Assembly (NCBI GenBank): GCA_038087875.1
Contig: CM075996.1
Location: 5,210,001-5,274,000 of the forward strand
Source: Malacoraja senta
Taxonomy: Eukaryota
DNA: 64,000 nt
Direction: 5' to 3'
The notes under the pieces are model-generated. The model was not told the DNA's origin and made no database searches. It was given only the letters and a program-made list of their open reading frames with translations. Both the position numbers and the translations under genes were made by a program. Below are positions 14,701 through 29,700 of the stretch, one piece after another (positions within the stretch are counted from its first letter, which is position 1; every line of letters begins with the position of its first letter).

Positions 14701-17700
14701 AGGAGAAGGCGGGAGAATGGGGTTGCGAGGGAAAGATAGATCCGCCATGATTGAATGGTGGTGTAGACTCGATGGGCCGAACGGCCAAATTCTGCTCCTA
14801 TGACATATGAACGTATGTGAGTTACTAGCTGCTCCCCTTATTTTAGCTGTTTTAGTGTTTATGCAGATAGTTGAAGTTTACATTGGTGACATGTGAAGGC
14901 TGGCAAATGATGTGACTGTACCCAATGTCTGACTCCACTAATCCCACAACTATTCCCCTTTTTCAGCCTGACGTAGAAACAGTGGGCCTGACACCAATTG
15001 GAAATTCAGTGAACAGCGGGCATGTAAGTTGACTTTTGCCATTTTACTCCAGAGACAAGATTCCTTCAGAAATTTTAACAGAGGGACATGCTTTAGTTAA
15101 AACAACTGTAGTTTGAATGATATTCAATAAATCCAAGGGTTTGATATCCATGTGGATGCGAAGGAAATTGGACGAATCAATAATCGGTTAAACATTCAGA
15201 CACCGTCTCTCTTAAGAAATGTTCTGTCAATTAAAGATGGCCCCTTTAGACCACTAAAAAGATGGTTGTCAAAGCTGTATCTTTTCTACAATTGCATTAA
15301 TCCTTCTACTTTACAGAGTTGATCATTAAAATCTTCTCTGGCCCCTCACTACAATAATACTGTCTTTTGGATAAGATATAAAATCTAGGACCCACCAGCT
15401 ACATTATTGAGTTCACGTAGATTATTTGGGAACGAGCTGGAAAGTATTCTCCCTGTCCTGGCTGACATTTATCCTTCAATTAACTTAGCAGAAAGCATGG
15501 GTTATTATATCATTGCTGTTTAGTTTCGTCTAGAGATACAGTGTGGAAACAGGCCCTTTGGCCCACCGAGTCCGCGCCGACCAACAATCGCCCCATACAC
15601 TAGTTCTGTTCTACACTCCAGGGACAATTAACCTACAAACCTGCAAGTCTTTGGAATGTAGGAGGAAACTGGAGCAGCCGGAGAAAACCCACACGATCTT
15701 AGAGAGAACGTACAGACAACACCCATAGTCACGATCGAACCCGGATCTCTGCTATAAGGCTGCAACTCTTCCGCAGGGTCAATGTGCCTTCCTGTTTAAG
15801 GATTATTGGTGCGTTTAGCTGCAATGAATCCTATGAAAGTTTAATCAATTCCTTTAGATCCAAAGTGGATGACCCATATTTGCTTACACTGAAATATATT
15901 TTCCATAATTTTACTAATTTGTGCAATTGGAAATGTATATGCTGCTCTCTATGCCATCTTGCAATTTAGCAATAAATAGGGTGGATAGTTGAAGGTAGAC
16001 ACAAAATGCTGGAGTAACTCAGCGGGTAAGGCAGCATCTCTGGAGAAAGGGAATGGGCGACGTTTTGGGTCGAGACTCTTCTTCAGACGATTCTTCAGAA
16101 GGGTCTGAAGAAGGGTTTCGGCCCGAAACGTTGCCTATTTCCTTCGCTCCATAGATGCTGCTGCACCCACTGAGTTTCTCCAGCATTTTTGTGTACCTAT
16201 TCTTCAGAATAGTTGAGCTGCGAATTAGGATAACAGCCAATTATCCCACGGTGTCCTTGTTAAGAAATCAGTGAGTGCCAGCAGACAATAATTTGTCTTA
16301 ATTTACACGAGAGGACATTCTTGCAGTGACTCGTGTGCATCGCTTCAGTGTAATTACTATTCTTTCACTCTTGTACTTTATATGATTGTGCTTGTGTATA
16401 GTTAGATTTTAATTTACGTGTATGTAACAAAGGAAGTTCACTGTACTAGGGTACGTGACAAGAAAGTGCCATTGAACCATTCTCTATATTTTTGGATCGC
16501 ACAGACATGTCTAGCTCTCTAATTGAAAAACTTTCCTAATATTTGACCTTTTTTTATTTACCATATCATGGTGTCATATTGGCTAACAAGCAAACTTTCA
16601 TTAGCAAAGCAGGCAACAATGTAAGCCACTTTCTATATTCTCCCACAGATATCCATAAATGGCACTAGCGATATAGATGATATTGAATCGGGTAAGTTCC
16701 CATTTCATTTCTTTGTGTGGAGATATAAATCAGCACAGCAGTCACAGAGAGCAACGGGTTATGTCTTCTGGAAGTTCATGTAAATAACAAGCATAAGCAT
16801 GTCCTGTCCACTTTTTACAGATGCTGGTTTGTACCAAAGATAGACACAAATGCTGCAGATGCTGGTTTGTACCAAAGATAGACTCAAATGCTGGAGTAAC
16901 TCAGCAGGACAGGCGACCTGACCCGTCTAGTTACTCCTGCACTTTGTGTCTATTCTTGACTCTTGACTTGACTTCAGCAACTGACCATGGCAGAGAACAT
17001 ACTGGTTATATATTGTGTTTGTGACAGGATTCCCCCTTACAATCGTGTCTTTATTTCTATGCAGACTTGTCTTTGGAGTTTCCGTGTGCGCCAGGCCCGG
17101 CCAGCGCTCCCTCACTGGCCAGTGAACCCTCCAGCCCACTTCCATCGGCAGCCCTCAGTATCCAGCAGTCACAGGCCGACCCTGCCCCACTCAAGGGCCA
17201 AGGCGGTGATGGGGTCTCCCTCTCAGTGCCTGAAACTGCAGATGAGTTTGCAGATGGAGAAATTATTGGAGAAGACCTGGACACATTGTTGGATTCTTTC
17301 GGAGGGGCAAATGAATTTCCGACGGTAAGGGATAGGAGTAGATAAGGAGGAATGTAAATTCCAGTGGTCAGTTGGTCTTGTACTCTGGAGTATAACACAC
17401 AATTAGTTTCCTAATCAAGATTGCAATTCACCCGGTCTCAAGTTTCTGTGACTAAAAGCCCTGTCCCACGGTACGAGTTCATTCCAAGAGCTCTCCTGGG
17501 TTTGCCCTGATTCGAACTCGGAGATTTACGGTAATGGCCACTCGTCGGTACTCGGGGCTCTCGTGGACATTTTTCAACATGTTGAAAAATCTTCACGAGT
17601 CTTCCCGTGCTTACCTGCCGTTAGCGAGTCTTCCCGAGTACCGGCTGTTAGCATTACGAGCCGGTAAGAGATGTCCCCGAGCTCCGACGTACCCGCTACG

Positions 17701-20700
17701 TTCATTCTCCGTGCTTACCACGAGCTTGATTTTTTTTTAAACTCGGGAGAGCTCTTGGAATGAACTCGTACCGTGGGACAGGGCTTTATCAGTTTTAGTT
17801 TTGGATTTAGAGATACAGTGCAGAAATAGGCCCTTCAGTCCATCAAGTCCACACCGACCAGCGATCCCCGCACATGAACACTGTCCTACACTAAGGACAA
17901 AATGTTGTATTTATATCAAGCCAATTAACCTACAAACCTTTGTACGTCTTTGGAGTGTGGGAGGAAACCAAAGTTCTCGGAGAAAACCCACGCAGGACAC
18001 AGGGAGAACGTACAAACTCCGTACAGACAAACACTGGAGCCAGGATCTTGCCCGGGTCGCTGGCCTGTAAGCGCTGTGAGGCAGCACCTCTACCGCTGTG
18101 TCACCCTCTTTAAAAGTGGTCACAATTCTCCTGCATTCCTCTCTGTTTTTGGCGAGTGTTGTTGTACAGACTCACAGCCTGTTAGAGGGATGCTAATTTT
18201 GCATCGTAGGTGATTTTGTTTATTGGCAGAACCGCATGCTGACTCGCATCTATTTTCCAAGACTAAATGGCCTTTGGTTTGCAGGACGCTTGTTTGTCCT
18301 TCGACAAGCCTTGCTTTGATCCTGACGGGTGTCTGAACGTGAAGAGCACCATGTTTCAGGGACAGGGACATTCTGCAACAGAGACATGCTGGTGGAGTTT
18401 GCCACTGCCAGCTTGATCTAGGCCTAGTGTAGCGGTCCAGGACTTCCATGTGAAGCCTGCACTCACTGGAGTTTAGAAGGATGAGAGGAGATCTCATTGA
18501 AACCTAGCGAATAATGAAAGGCCCAGATAGAATGGACGTGGAAAGGATGTTTCCAATAATGGGAGAGTCGAGAACCAGAGACCACAGCCTCAGAATAAAA
18601 GGACGTACATTTAGAAAGGAGATGAGGAGGAATTTCTTTGGGTGAATCTGTGGAATTCATTGCCACATTCGGCAGTGGATGCCAAGTCATTGGGTATTTT
18701 TAAAGTGGAAATTGATAGGTTCTTAATTAGTAAAGACATCAAAGGTTATTGGGAAAAGGCAGGAGAATGGGTTGAGAGGGAAAATAGATCAGCCATAATC
18801 GAATGGCGGAGAGGTCTTAAGGGACCGGAGGCCTAATTCTGCTCCAGTGACTTATGGTGAGTGTGCAGGTGACTGCTAGCATAGCGATGGAAGAAATGAA
18901 TGAATGAATACGTTTATAGGCCAAATAGGTACACGTACAAGGAATTTGTCTTGGTGCTCCGCTCGCAAGTAACAACACGACATACGGTAACACAACATGC
19001 AGTAAAAGGTGCATTTGCGGAAAGCTGTGTAAGAACCACCGTGGCCTAAAAATCCATCAGGCAAGAATGAAATGCTCGGAGAGGGAGAAAGAGGTGCAGC
19101 GCGCAGGCCTTGAACCTGGTGAGATGCAGGAGGAGCCCGGCCAGGACTCACCCCACAGAGCCCAGTCCCTCCACGCACTCGAGTGTCTCCCAACCCCTGC
19201 AGAGTAGTTCCACAGCAACGGATTGAGTGGCCCCAGCGAGCAACCGGAATGAATGGCTGCAGTTTGACAAAGTCGTGCACTCTGCAAAGTCCTCAACCAG
19301 TTGGGCATTACGGGGCTGGCAAAGAAGGGGGCCATTCAATCCGCAAGAGAAGCCGCAGAGAAAGCCACTAGGTGGCTTTGGATTAAGAGGGCTGATCCGT
19401 GGGCGGTTGCTGCTGGGACGCAAGTCGGGGGCTGATCAACCCCGGCTGGGTCGCCTGGGCGAGGGTGTCTGATGTTGTGAGACCCGAAACACCCAATGAC
19501 AATAGACACTAGACAATAGGTGCAGGAGTGGGCCATTTGGCCCTTCCAGCCAGCACCGCCATTCAATGTGATCATGGCTGATCATCCACAATCAGTACCC
19601 CGTTCCTGCCATCTCCCCATATCCCCTGACTCCGCTATTTTTAAGAGCCCTATCTAGCTCTCTCTTGAAAGCATCCAGAGAACCTGCCTCCACCGCCCTC
19701 TGAGGCAGAGAATTCCACAGGTCACATCACTGAGGATGCGTCCCAGCGCATCTAGAAGATGTATCTTTCACACAATTAAGAATGACACATAAAACATTAA
19801 TAATAAATGTTTAATAATAAACATTAATAATAATAATAATAATAATGCCTGTTTATTGTCTCTGGACATAACACTCTGCTGTATCCGCAGGCATCAACAA
19901 CGGGGACAGTTCCCACCAACCTGCCCAACGATGTGTCCCGGCTCCTCGCCGTCTTACCCAGCGGTGCCCCAGTGCTTCCGTCTGCTGTGAAGGGTGATGT
20001 TGGCCCAAAGGTGTGTCTTCCACCAGCCTATTCAATGCTTCCCGCCCAGAAGATGGACACCCTGGACACTATCGGTCCATGCACAACTGTGAATGATCTC
20101 GATTCCTTGGACCTATTCCCTGGGACAGAACCTCAGCCTGGTAAGTATCTCTTCTTTCTTATACCATTGACCACTCATTTGGTGGGGAAACGCATCGGTT
20201 TGTTTAAAATCTTCTCCCAAGGCAAATGTGACTTTATGAGTTGTATTGTATCCATGGACTACTGGGCAACGCACACCTGATACCAAATACATCGGCCTTG
20301 GTGGAAGTTTAAACAAACTTGCAAAAATATTACCATCATTGTATGGTGCAGTTCTGCCGCCCCATTATAGGAAACATGAGGCTTTGGAGAGAGTACAGAA
20401 GAGGTTTACCAGGAAAGACACAAAATGTTGCAGTAACTCAGCAGGTCACGCAGCATCTTTGGAGAAAAGGAATAGGTGAAGTTTTGGGTCGAGACCCTTC
20501 ATCAGACTGAGACTTTTATCAGGGACGATGCTTGCTAGATTAGAGGGTATTAGCTGTAAGGAGAGGTTAAACAAACTTCAAGGTGGACAAAAGTGCTGGA
20601 GAAACTCAGCGGGTGTGGCAGCATCTCTGCAGCGAAGGAAATAGGCAACGTTTTGGGCCGAAACCCTTCTTCAGACTGATGTAGGGTGGGGGGGGTGGGA

Positions 20701-23700
20701 AGACGAAAGGAAGAGGAGGAGCCAGAGGGCTGAGGGAAAGCTGAGAAGGGGAGGAGACAGCAAGGGCTACCGGAAATTGGAGAAGTCAACGTTCATACCG
20801 CTGGGGTATAAACTGCCCAAGCAAAATATGAGGTGCTGCTCCTCCAATTTCCAGTGGTGCTCACTCTGGCCATGGAAGAGGCCCAGGACAGAAAGGTCGG
20901 ATTCAGAATGGGAGGGGGAGTTGACGTGCTGAGCCACCAGGAGATCAGGTAGGTTATTGCGGACCGAGCGGAGGTGTTCGGCGAAACGATCGCCAAGCCT
21001 ACGCTTGGTCTCACCGATGTAGATCAGCTAACATCTAGAGCAGCGGATGCAATAGATGAGGTTGTAGGAGGTAGCGGCGGAGGCTAAGGGGTGACCTGAT
21101 AGAAGTTTATAAAATTATGAGAGGCATAGATATGTATACAGTGAGAACTTTTAGCCCAGAGTGGAGCTGTCAAATCTAAACTAAAAACAAAAAATGCCCA
21201 AATCCATCTGCGGATCAGACAGCATCTGTGGAGACAGACACGTTGGATTTGGAGGAGTTTAGTGGGGTGACAGTGGTTGGATTATGAGAAAAAATTGCAC
21301 TCCTCCACTCTCCGAGAGAGTTCCCTGTTTTCACACATTCACACTTCCTTATCTATCTATCTCCCTCCCCCTGACGTCAATCTGAAGAAGGGTCTCGACC
21401 CGAAACGTCATCCATTCCTTCTCTCCAGAGATGCTGCCCGTCCCGCTGAGTTACTCCAGCATTTTGTGTCTTATCGTTGCACAATCTAGACTTCCATTAA
21501 ATGTTAGAGATTTTCTTTAAAATTAAGATAGAAAAGGGGTATCGGTAGGGTTGATAGAAATTATTTCTGCAGCAGATGAATTGAGGCAGGAGAGGACGGG
21601 CGCATCGTACGAAAGTTAAAGAATGTAGTAATGTATTGGTATGTAGTTTAGTTTAGAGATACAGCATGGAAACAGTCCCTTTGGATCTGTGGTTTACTGT
21701 CCATGAACCTCAGTTCACTGTGTAGGAAGGAACTGCAGATGCTGATTTAAACTGAAGACAGACACACAATGCTGGAGTAACTCAGTGGGTCAGGCAGCAT
21801 GTCTGAAGAAGGGTTTCGACCTGAAACGTTACCTATTCCTTTTTTCCAGAGATGCTGCGTGACCCGCTGAGTGAGTTACTCCAGCCTTTTGTTCCCAACC
21901 TCAGTTGCTCTTCATTCATCTCATTGCTGTGTTCTGTGTTAGTTGCTTCATTAATTCCTTTCCCTGTATTTTACTACAATAAAGATAGTTGTTTGCAACT
22001 GTGAGATGTTCTTTCTTCATTCATTGATCCGAATCCTCAACCCCGCTTAAATTTTATCGCAATAATAATGAAGATCATTTTTGTGCTTCACCAGCATCGA
22101 GACCAATGACGCCAAACAACAATAAGAGCGCACCAAGCAGCTTCTCATTGGTGAGCCCGATGTTTTCATTACACCTTCTTTATGGCAGTTAGATTTATGG
22201 TTAGTCCAGGAAATATGTTGGTCCGGACACAGTTGCTTTCATTGTTTAGTTTAGATTACTTTAGAGACACAGCGTTGAAACTGGCCCTTCGGCCCACCGA
22301 ATCCACGCCGACCCTCGATCACCCGTTCACACTTGTTCTATGATATCCCACTTTCGCATCCACTCCCGACACACCAGGGGGCAATTTTACTGAGGGCCCA
22401 TTAACCCTCAGGCCTGCACATCTTTGGGATGTGGGAGGAAACCAGAGCACCCACGAGATCACAGGGAGAATGTGCAAACTCCACACAGACAAGCACCCGA
22501 GGTCGGAATTAAACCCGGGTCTCTGGCACTGTGAGGCAGCAGCGCTATCAACTGTGCCACTGTGCTGCCATAGCGACAATGAATTTATCACACGAACAAA
22601 CTTTTCACACTGACTAAACCTTTCTAGCGTTTGCCTTTTTTTCGGGAGCCTCCACGCCGTGCTGTGATCCAATGCCTTTACGACCTTGGTTAACAAAGAC
22701 ATTCACCGTGCTCAGATGGTCAAAGTGAGAGTGCACACTGTGACCAGCCCCTGTCCCATTCTCATCCGTCACCATTCTGCCTGCTCTCTAGCAACAGGCA
22801 GTGGGTGGGAATCAAGGCTCTCACTGAATTTTGAAGATCAAGTGAAAAGTCCAAAAATCCAGATTACTAGATGAGGTCATTTGATTATTCGGGTATGGCA
22901 CTATGAGTGTTTATTGTTCATCCCCAATTGCCCTTGAGAGTAGTTGCTGATCAGGTAGTTTCTTCAACATTGGGCTCCCACTGTGCTGTTGGGTTGTAAC
23001 CCCCTGGATTTAGACTCCGTGATGAAGGGAATCCTATCCAGCAACGACCTGGTAGAAGCTGCATTGCAGCTCGTGGTGGACAGGGCAGGACTGAATCACC
23101 CCGATCCTGGCCTCTCTCCACTGGCTCCCTGTGCGGTTCCGAATAAATTTCAAGATCCTCCTCCATGTCTACAAAGCCCTCAATGGGCTTGCCCCCACCT
23201 ACATCAAAAGTCTTCTTACCCACCACTCCACCTCCAGGCCCCTCAGATCGGCCGACTTGGGGTTGCTGAATATCCCGCGGTCTAGGCATAAGCTCAGGGG
23301 CGACCGCGCCTTTGCGGTTGCAGCTCCTAGACTGTGGAACAGCATCCCCCTTCCCATCAGAACTGCCCCCTCCATCGACTCCTTTAAGTCGAGACTAAAA
23401 ACCCATCTGTACTCCCAAGCCTTTCTTGACGTCCTCTGAGCGAGGGCTGTATGTATGTAGTTTGTTTGTTGTACTATTCTTATACAAATGTAAAGCACTT
23501 TGGCCAACGAGAGTTGTTTTTTAAATGTGCTATATAAATAAATGTGACTTGAATCGGCAGCAGTATTCCTCACACTCTGTGCCAGCTGTCAGAGTAAGGA
23601 GGGTTGCAGGGGAAAGTGGGCAGAATCCTCACTCGCCGTCTCTTTCTGCACCAGGGTAAGCAAGTGAGCTGCCCGGCCACATCCAGCTATCCCGCCACCT

Positions 23701-26700
23701 TCCTTGGATTAGTGCAGAGAGGCAGCGAATCGACTCCGTCGCCGCTGACAAAAAACCCGCTCAGCGACACACACGATCTGTGCCAGGCCTGTTCCAGCTG
23801 CTTTATTAAAACAGGTAAAGAGAACTCTGCACCTTGACTCCTTGTGCTCAGCCATGGGGCTGGTTGCAGAATGCGTGGGGCTGAGTGAGTGCTTCCGTCG
23901 GTATCTGTTGTGAGGTAGGAGGGAACTGCAGATGCTGGTTTAAACTGCAGATAGACACAAAAAGCTGGAGTAACCTAGCAGGACAGGCAGCATCTCTGGA
24001 GAGAAGGAATGGGTGACTTTTTGGGTCGAGGCCTGAAGAAGAAGCTGACGGGTTTGAGGGCCCATTATTTCTCGAACACGAGGCCTCCCAGCTGTTATCG
24101 GGCAACTGGTTAGCACGCAGCGAAAGCTTTTCACTGTACCTCGGTACACATTAAACTAAAGTGATGATATTAAACTAAACTAAACAAGCCTATCTATGCT
24201 AATCCCATTTGCCTCTTTTTGGCCCATGTCCCTCTACACTTTGTTAAAGAAGGAACTGCAGATGCTGGAAAATCGAAGGTACACAAAAATGCTGGAGAAA
24301 CTCAGCGGGTGCAGCAGCATCTATGGAGCGAAGGAAATAGGTAACGTTTCGGGCCGAAACCCTTCTTCAGAAGAAGGGTTTCGGCCCGAAACGTTACCTA
24401 TTTCCTTCGCTCCATAGATGCTGCTGCACCCGCTGAGTTTCTCCAGCATTTTTGTGTACCTTCCCTCTACACTTTCCTATCTAAGTAAAAATGGACACAA
24501 AGTTGTGGAGTAACTCTGCAGGTCAAGCAGCATCTCTGGAGAACATGGACAGGTGACATTTCGAGTCAGGATCCTTCTTTAGCTATCAATGTTTGGGAGC
24601 ATTGCATTTAACTTTGGATGGGTGACTGTTTTCTTGGATGGGAAAATAGAGTTAGAGATGGGAAAAGTGAGTTGTTATTATTGTAGAGGAGGTAGTCCCC
24701 CTAGTCCTCACCTTTCACCCCACCAGCCGTCACATACAACAAGTGATCCTCCGTCAGTTTCGCCACCTCCAACGTGACCCCACCACTCGCCACATCTTCC
24801 CATCTCCCCCATGTCTGCCTTCCGCAAAGACCGCTCCCTCCGTAACTCCCTTGTCAATTCTTCCCTTCCCTCCCATACCAGCCCCTCCCCTGGTACTTTC
24901 CCTTGCAACCGCAAGAGATGCAACACTTGTCCCTTCACCTCCCCCCTCGACTCCATTCAAGGACCCAAGCAGTCGTTCCAGGTGCGACAGAGGTTCACCT
25001 GCATCTCCTCCAACCTCATCTATTGCATCCGCTGCTCTAGATGCCAGCTGATCTACATCGGTGAGACCAAGCGGAGGCTTGGCGATCGTGTCGCCGAACA
25101 CCTCCGGTCGGTCCGCAATAACCAACTTGACCTCCCGGTGGCTCAGCACTTCAACTCCCCCTCCCATTCCGTATCTGACCTCTCTGTCCTGGGTCTCCTC
25201 CATGGCCACAGCGAGCAACACCGTAAATTGGAGGAAATGCACCTCATATTCCGCTTGGGCAGTCTACATCCTGGGGGCTTGAACATTGAATTCTCCCAAT
25301 TCTGCTAGCCCTTGCTGTCCCCTCCCCTTCATCAGCCATCTGGTTGTCTCCTCCCCTCCCCCAGCCCTCGGGCTCCTCCTCCGCCTTTTTCCTTTTTTCC
25401 TTTCTTCTCCCCACCCCCTATCAGTCTGAAGAAGGGTTTCGGCCCGAAAAGTTGCCTATTTCCTTCGCTCCATAGATGCTGCTGCACCCGCTGAGTTTCT
25501 CCAGCATTTTTGTGTACCTTAGGTGGTAACACATGTTTGCTCTGAAATAAGGTGAAAATAAAGGTGTGGATTTCACTGAAGTTCTTCACAGGACTGTTTT
25601 CAATATTGCTTTGCCAATACAACAGGTAGAGGTTGACAAGTTTCCTCAGAATTGACCACTTCTTCTCTAATGTCCATTAATCATAGATATCAACTAAATC
25701 AGTTGAGAAATATCTAGGTGCCCATTAGGGAATGGAAGTGAATGTGAAAAATTGATGGCATTGCGAGTAAGTAGCTGGGTCATCTAATCAAAGGAAACTG
25801 CAGTGAGTTGCTTCTCATGTTAAATCTCCATTGTAACCTGCCGTGAGTTTCTTACTCTGTTATGTTGAACCCACTGAAACCTTGAGGGGCAATTGCTCAT
25901 TTAAGTATGTTAATGGCTTGGAGCTCGGCACTGAATTCAACATTGTGTAGGAAGGAACTGCAGATGCTGGTTTACATCGAAGATGGACACAAAATGCTGG
26001 AGGAACTCAGTGGGTCGGGCAGTATCTCTGCAGGAAAGGAATAGGTGGTGTTTCAGGTCAACAGTCTTCAGACTGAGAGTCATGGGAAGAGGGAAACTAG
26101 AGGTCTGAAAAGTTCAGAATAAATCAGAACCGGCATCGAATACTAAGGAAAGGTGGAGCCCACAATGGTTAACTGTTGGCTGTGGTAGAGTTGATAATGA
26201 CAGGATATATGGAGCTGTGGATGAGGTAATAACCAAGTGTTGATCGATGTCGTCATCGACGTCTAACCTTAACTCTGTTTTTCTCTCTCCGCCGTTGCTG
26301 CCTAAACTGCTGGGAATTTCCACCATTCTCTTTGTTGCAGGTTTCCAGCAACTACCATGTTCAGTATCTCACATACCCTGCATTATAATTTTCCTTTCTC
26401 TCTGTATTCGCATTCATGTCCCTCTATGTACAGCTCCTCGAGGCAGACCAGCTGCAGTTAGGAACACGCCACCACCCTCTCTCAGCTAGCACCAACTCCA
26501 TCCGTGTCCTTTAATGTCGTCTCTCCGCAGAGATTCCCTTTCTTCCCTCCACCACTCTCCCTCCTTTCAACTGAAAGCATGCTTGTTTTCCAACTTTACC
26601 TTGTTCGGAAGAAAGACCTGAAAGATTAATTCTGATTCCCTCTCCATCGACACTGCCTGATCTTGATCTGCTGAGCATTTTCTGCTTTTTCTGATTTGAC

Positions 26701-29700
26701 CATGTCTTTGTCATTTCTACATAGGGTCAACTGATGTTCGGTGTTAACTGCATTCTAGGTCCAGGAGTAGTCTGTGTACCTCGAAGGGAACAGAATATAA
26801 AAGCCAAAAAGGATATTCAATTCAACCAGTAGTTTCAGTTGTCACATGTACCGACAGCAGAAGTGAAATTACTTGCAGCAGCATAATCTAATATTTAATA
26901 GACAAAAATCAATAAATTAACAACCACAATACCAGTGCAAAAATCCTGAAGTTCTTTTTTAATTTTATTTGTTTTAATTTTATTTATTAGAAGTACATTA
27001 AATTACAACAAATTACATTAGTACTCATCACGTATATCTTTTTACAATTAATGTACTCCGTCATTTTTTTAAACTAATAAAGAGAAAAGGTTGAAATTAA
27101 GTTCTTATTGTATCCAAAGACAGTCCATAGAAGTTCATCGTTGAAGTTAGTCTGAGAAGGGACTTGACCCGAAACGTCACTTGCCCATATTCTCACTCTG
27201 CCTTCCCTGCTGAGTTACTCCAGCACTTTGTGTCCTAGTTAAGATAAGTGTAGTTCAGTGTTCAAGAGTCTGATGGTTGTTGGCAAGAAGCCATTCTGGA
27301 ACCTGGTGGTCACGACCCAAAGGTAGGAGTGAGAGAGCTTGGCCATGGTGATCTTTGATATCAGCTGCCCAATTGAGCAGGGCCTGAGGATCTCTTCGAT
27401 GGTGGGGAGGTCTATATACTATGTACAACTAGGTATGGTGCCAGGTGCAGTTCATGAAGAGAGACTGAATAGTATTGGTTGGCATTATTTGTAGTTTAAA
27501 AAAAGAGGTTATTAAAATGTTTGAGTTTCTTTAAAAAGTTTGAACGATTAGATGGTGAGAGGCAATTTCCTTTGACTGAAGAGTCTGGAACTAGAAGAGG
27601 GTAAAGCCCCTGTCCCACTTTCCCGAGTTACTCACGAATTCTCCCGAGTTTTCCCCTTGATTCAAACTCGGGGAAGTACGGTAATAGCCAGTCGTAGGTA
27701 TTCGGGGCTGTTTTTTTTACTCGTGGACATTTTTCAACATGCTGAAAAAACGTCCCGACTTACCTGATGCCCCGATTACCTACGGCTGGCATTACGAGCC
27801 GCTATGAAATATCTACGGACTCGCTATGGACATTCTCCGAGTTTGAATCAAGGGGATAACTAGGGAGAATTCGTGAGTAACTCGGGAAAGTGGGACAGGC
27901 CCTTTAAACTCAGGGCTCAGGCCTGTAGGACTGAGATGAGGAGATGATTTTCACTTGACACGTTGTGAATCATTGAAGTTCTCAGCCCCAGATAGCTGCA
28001 GATACTCAGTGTTCGGATATTTAGATTGCGAGATATCTAAGAGTAAGTGTTCGGGAGATATGGGATCCTGCATGAAACTAGAGTTGGGTGATCAGCCATG
28101 ATATTAATTAATGATTGAGCGTGTTCTGCATGGTTTACCTAATTCCTAATGTTTTTAAAACCATTTGTTTGTTACCAGTTTCCCTCCCTTGGTCCATTAC
28201 ATTAACGTTGGTCTAATTGCAGATTTTCTTTCCCCTTGTTGTTTTAGGAGCTAAGGCATTAGATTATAATTATAACCCCGACCTAGATCATAAATGTAAA
28301 AAAGATCTTCTTATTGGAAGACTGAAGGAGCTAACAGACTCGCGATGGAAAAGACTCAGGCCCCGACCGACCCGGAATAATTACGGAGGGCCATACTACT
28401 TGTGTAAAGGTATGGATGTGTGAGTAATTCAATACCACTCATAATGGAGACCTAACCTTGAAATACATAATGTGTAGTTATATGCTGATTCACATTTTAA
28501 CTATTTCATTTTCCCCCACATTCACGTGGATAATGAATGCAGGAGAAATTAAATTGTTAAAATGTGAATTCGCTTTCTGATGGAGTACTTCAACTTAAGA
28601 TTGTTGTTCTTTAAGAGTAAGTAGGATCAATGTTCTGTTTTAAGTCAACGGGTATAGAACTTAGAACGTACACAAAAATGCTGGAGAAACTCAGCGGGGT
28701 GCAGCAGCATCTATGGAGCGAAGGAAATAGGCAACGTTTCGGGCCGAAACCCTTCTTCAGACTCAGACTAAGTTCTTCACTAGAACTTAGAACAGTATAG
28801 TGTAGGAAGGAACTGCAAATGCTGGTGTAAACCAAAGATAGACACAATATGCTGGAGTAACTCAGCGGGACAGGCAGCATTTCTGACCCGAAACGTCACC
28901 CATTCCTTCTCAGAGACGGTTGCCTGTCCCGCTGAGTTACTCCAGCATTTTTATGCTATAGAACAGTACAGCACAGCACAGGCCTTTCAGCTCACGATGT
29001 CTGTTCCAAACATGTTGCCAAATTAAACTAATCGCATGATCCATCTCCTTCCTTCCCTGTATATCCATGTGCCCATCTAGAAACCTTGAAAACACCACCA
29101 TTGTAACTGCTGTCATAACGAGGTGGATTGAGTGACCGTAAAAGCTTCTTAAACACCACAAACATCTCTGCTTCCTCCACTTCCCTTGGCAGCACTGAGA
29201 ATTTGGGACTCTTAGTCTGAAGAAGAATCTCGATCCGAAACGTCACCTATTTGTTTTCGCCGGAGATGCTGCCCGACCCACTGAGTTACTCCAGTGTTTT
29301 GTGTCTATCTACAGCAATTGAAGTCTTTCTTTCTTACGGATGTGTGCCATTAGTGAGAACTGTTAAGAATCAATATTTATGGGAGACTAGTGCTAAACCG
29401 TAGCAAGGATGCTAAATGGCATTCTCTAGTGGAGCAGATTAACAGTACCTTTAGTAAATGTGCAATTCTGACGAATGGTCACTTGGGAACATCTGCAGGG
29501 TTACAGAAGTTAGTCGCGTTAGGGAAAATAGAGGGGTAAATCGATGTTGGGGGAGTCCAGAACCAGGGCCACAGTTTAAGAATAAGGAGTAAGCCATTTA
29601 GAACGGAGACGAGGAAACACTTTTTCTCACAGAGAGTGGTGAGTCTGTGGAATTCTCTGCCTCAGAGGGCGGTGGAGGCAGGTTCTCTGGATGCTTTCAA

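Noticed and set aside
19469..19740. Hammerhead ribozyme in the HERO-like 3' UTR (CTGATG...GAAAC; CTGAGGA)
   Set aside because: The core is incomplete and no stem II/III can be formed in the required topology
25309..25519. SECIS element as in selenoprotein-coding Penelope-like clades
   Set aside because: No in-frame TGA in the visible ORF and no recognisable SECIS fold in the short 3' region
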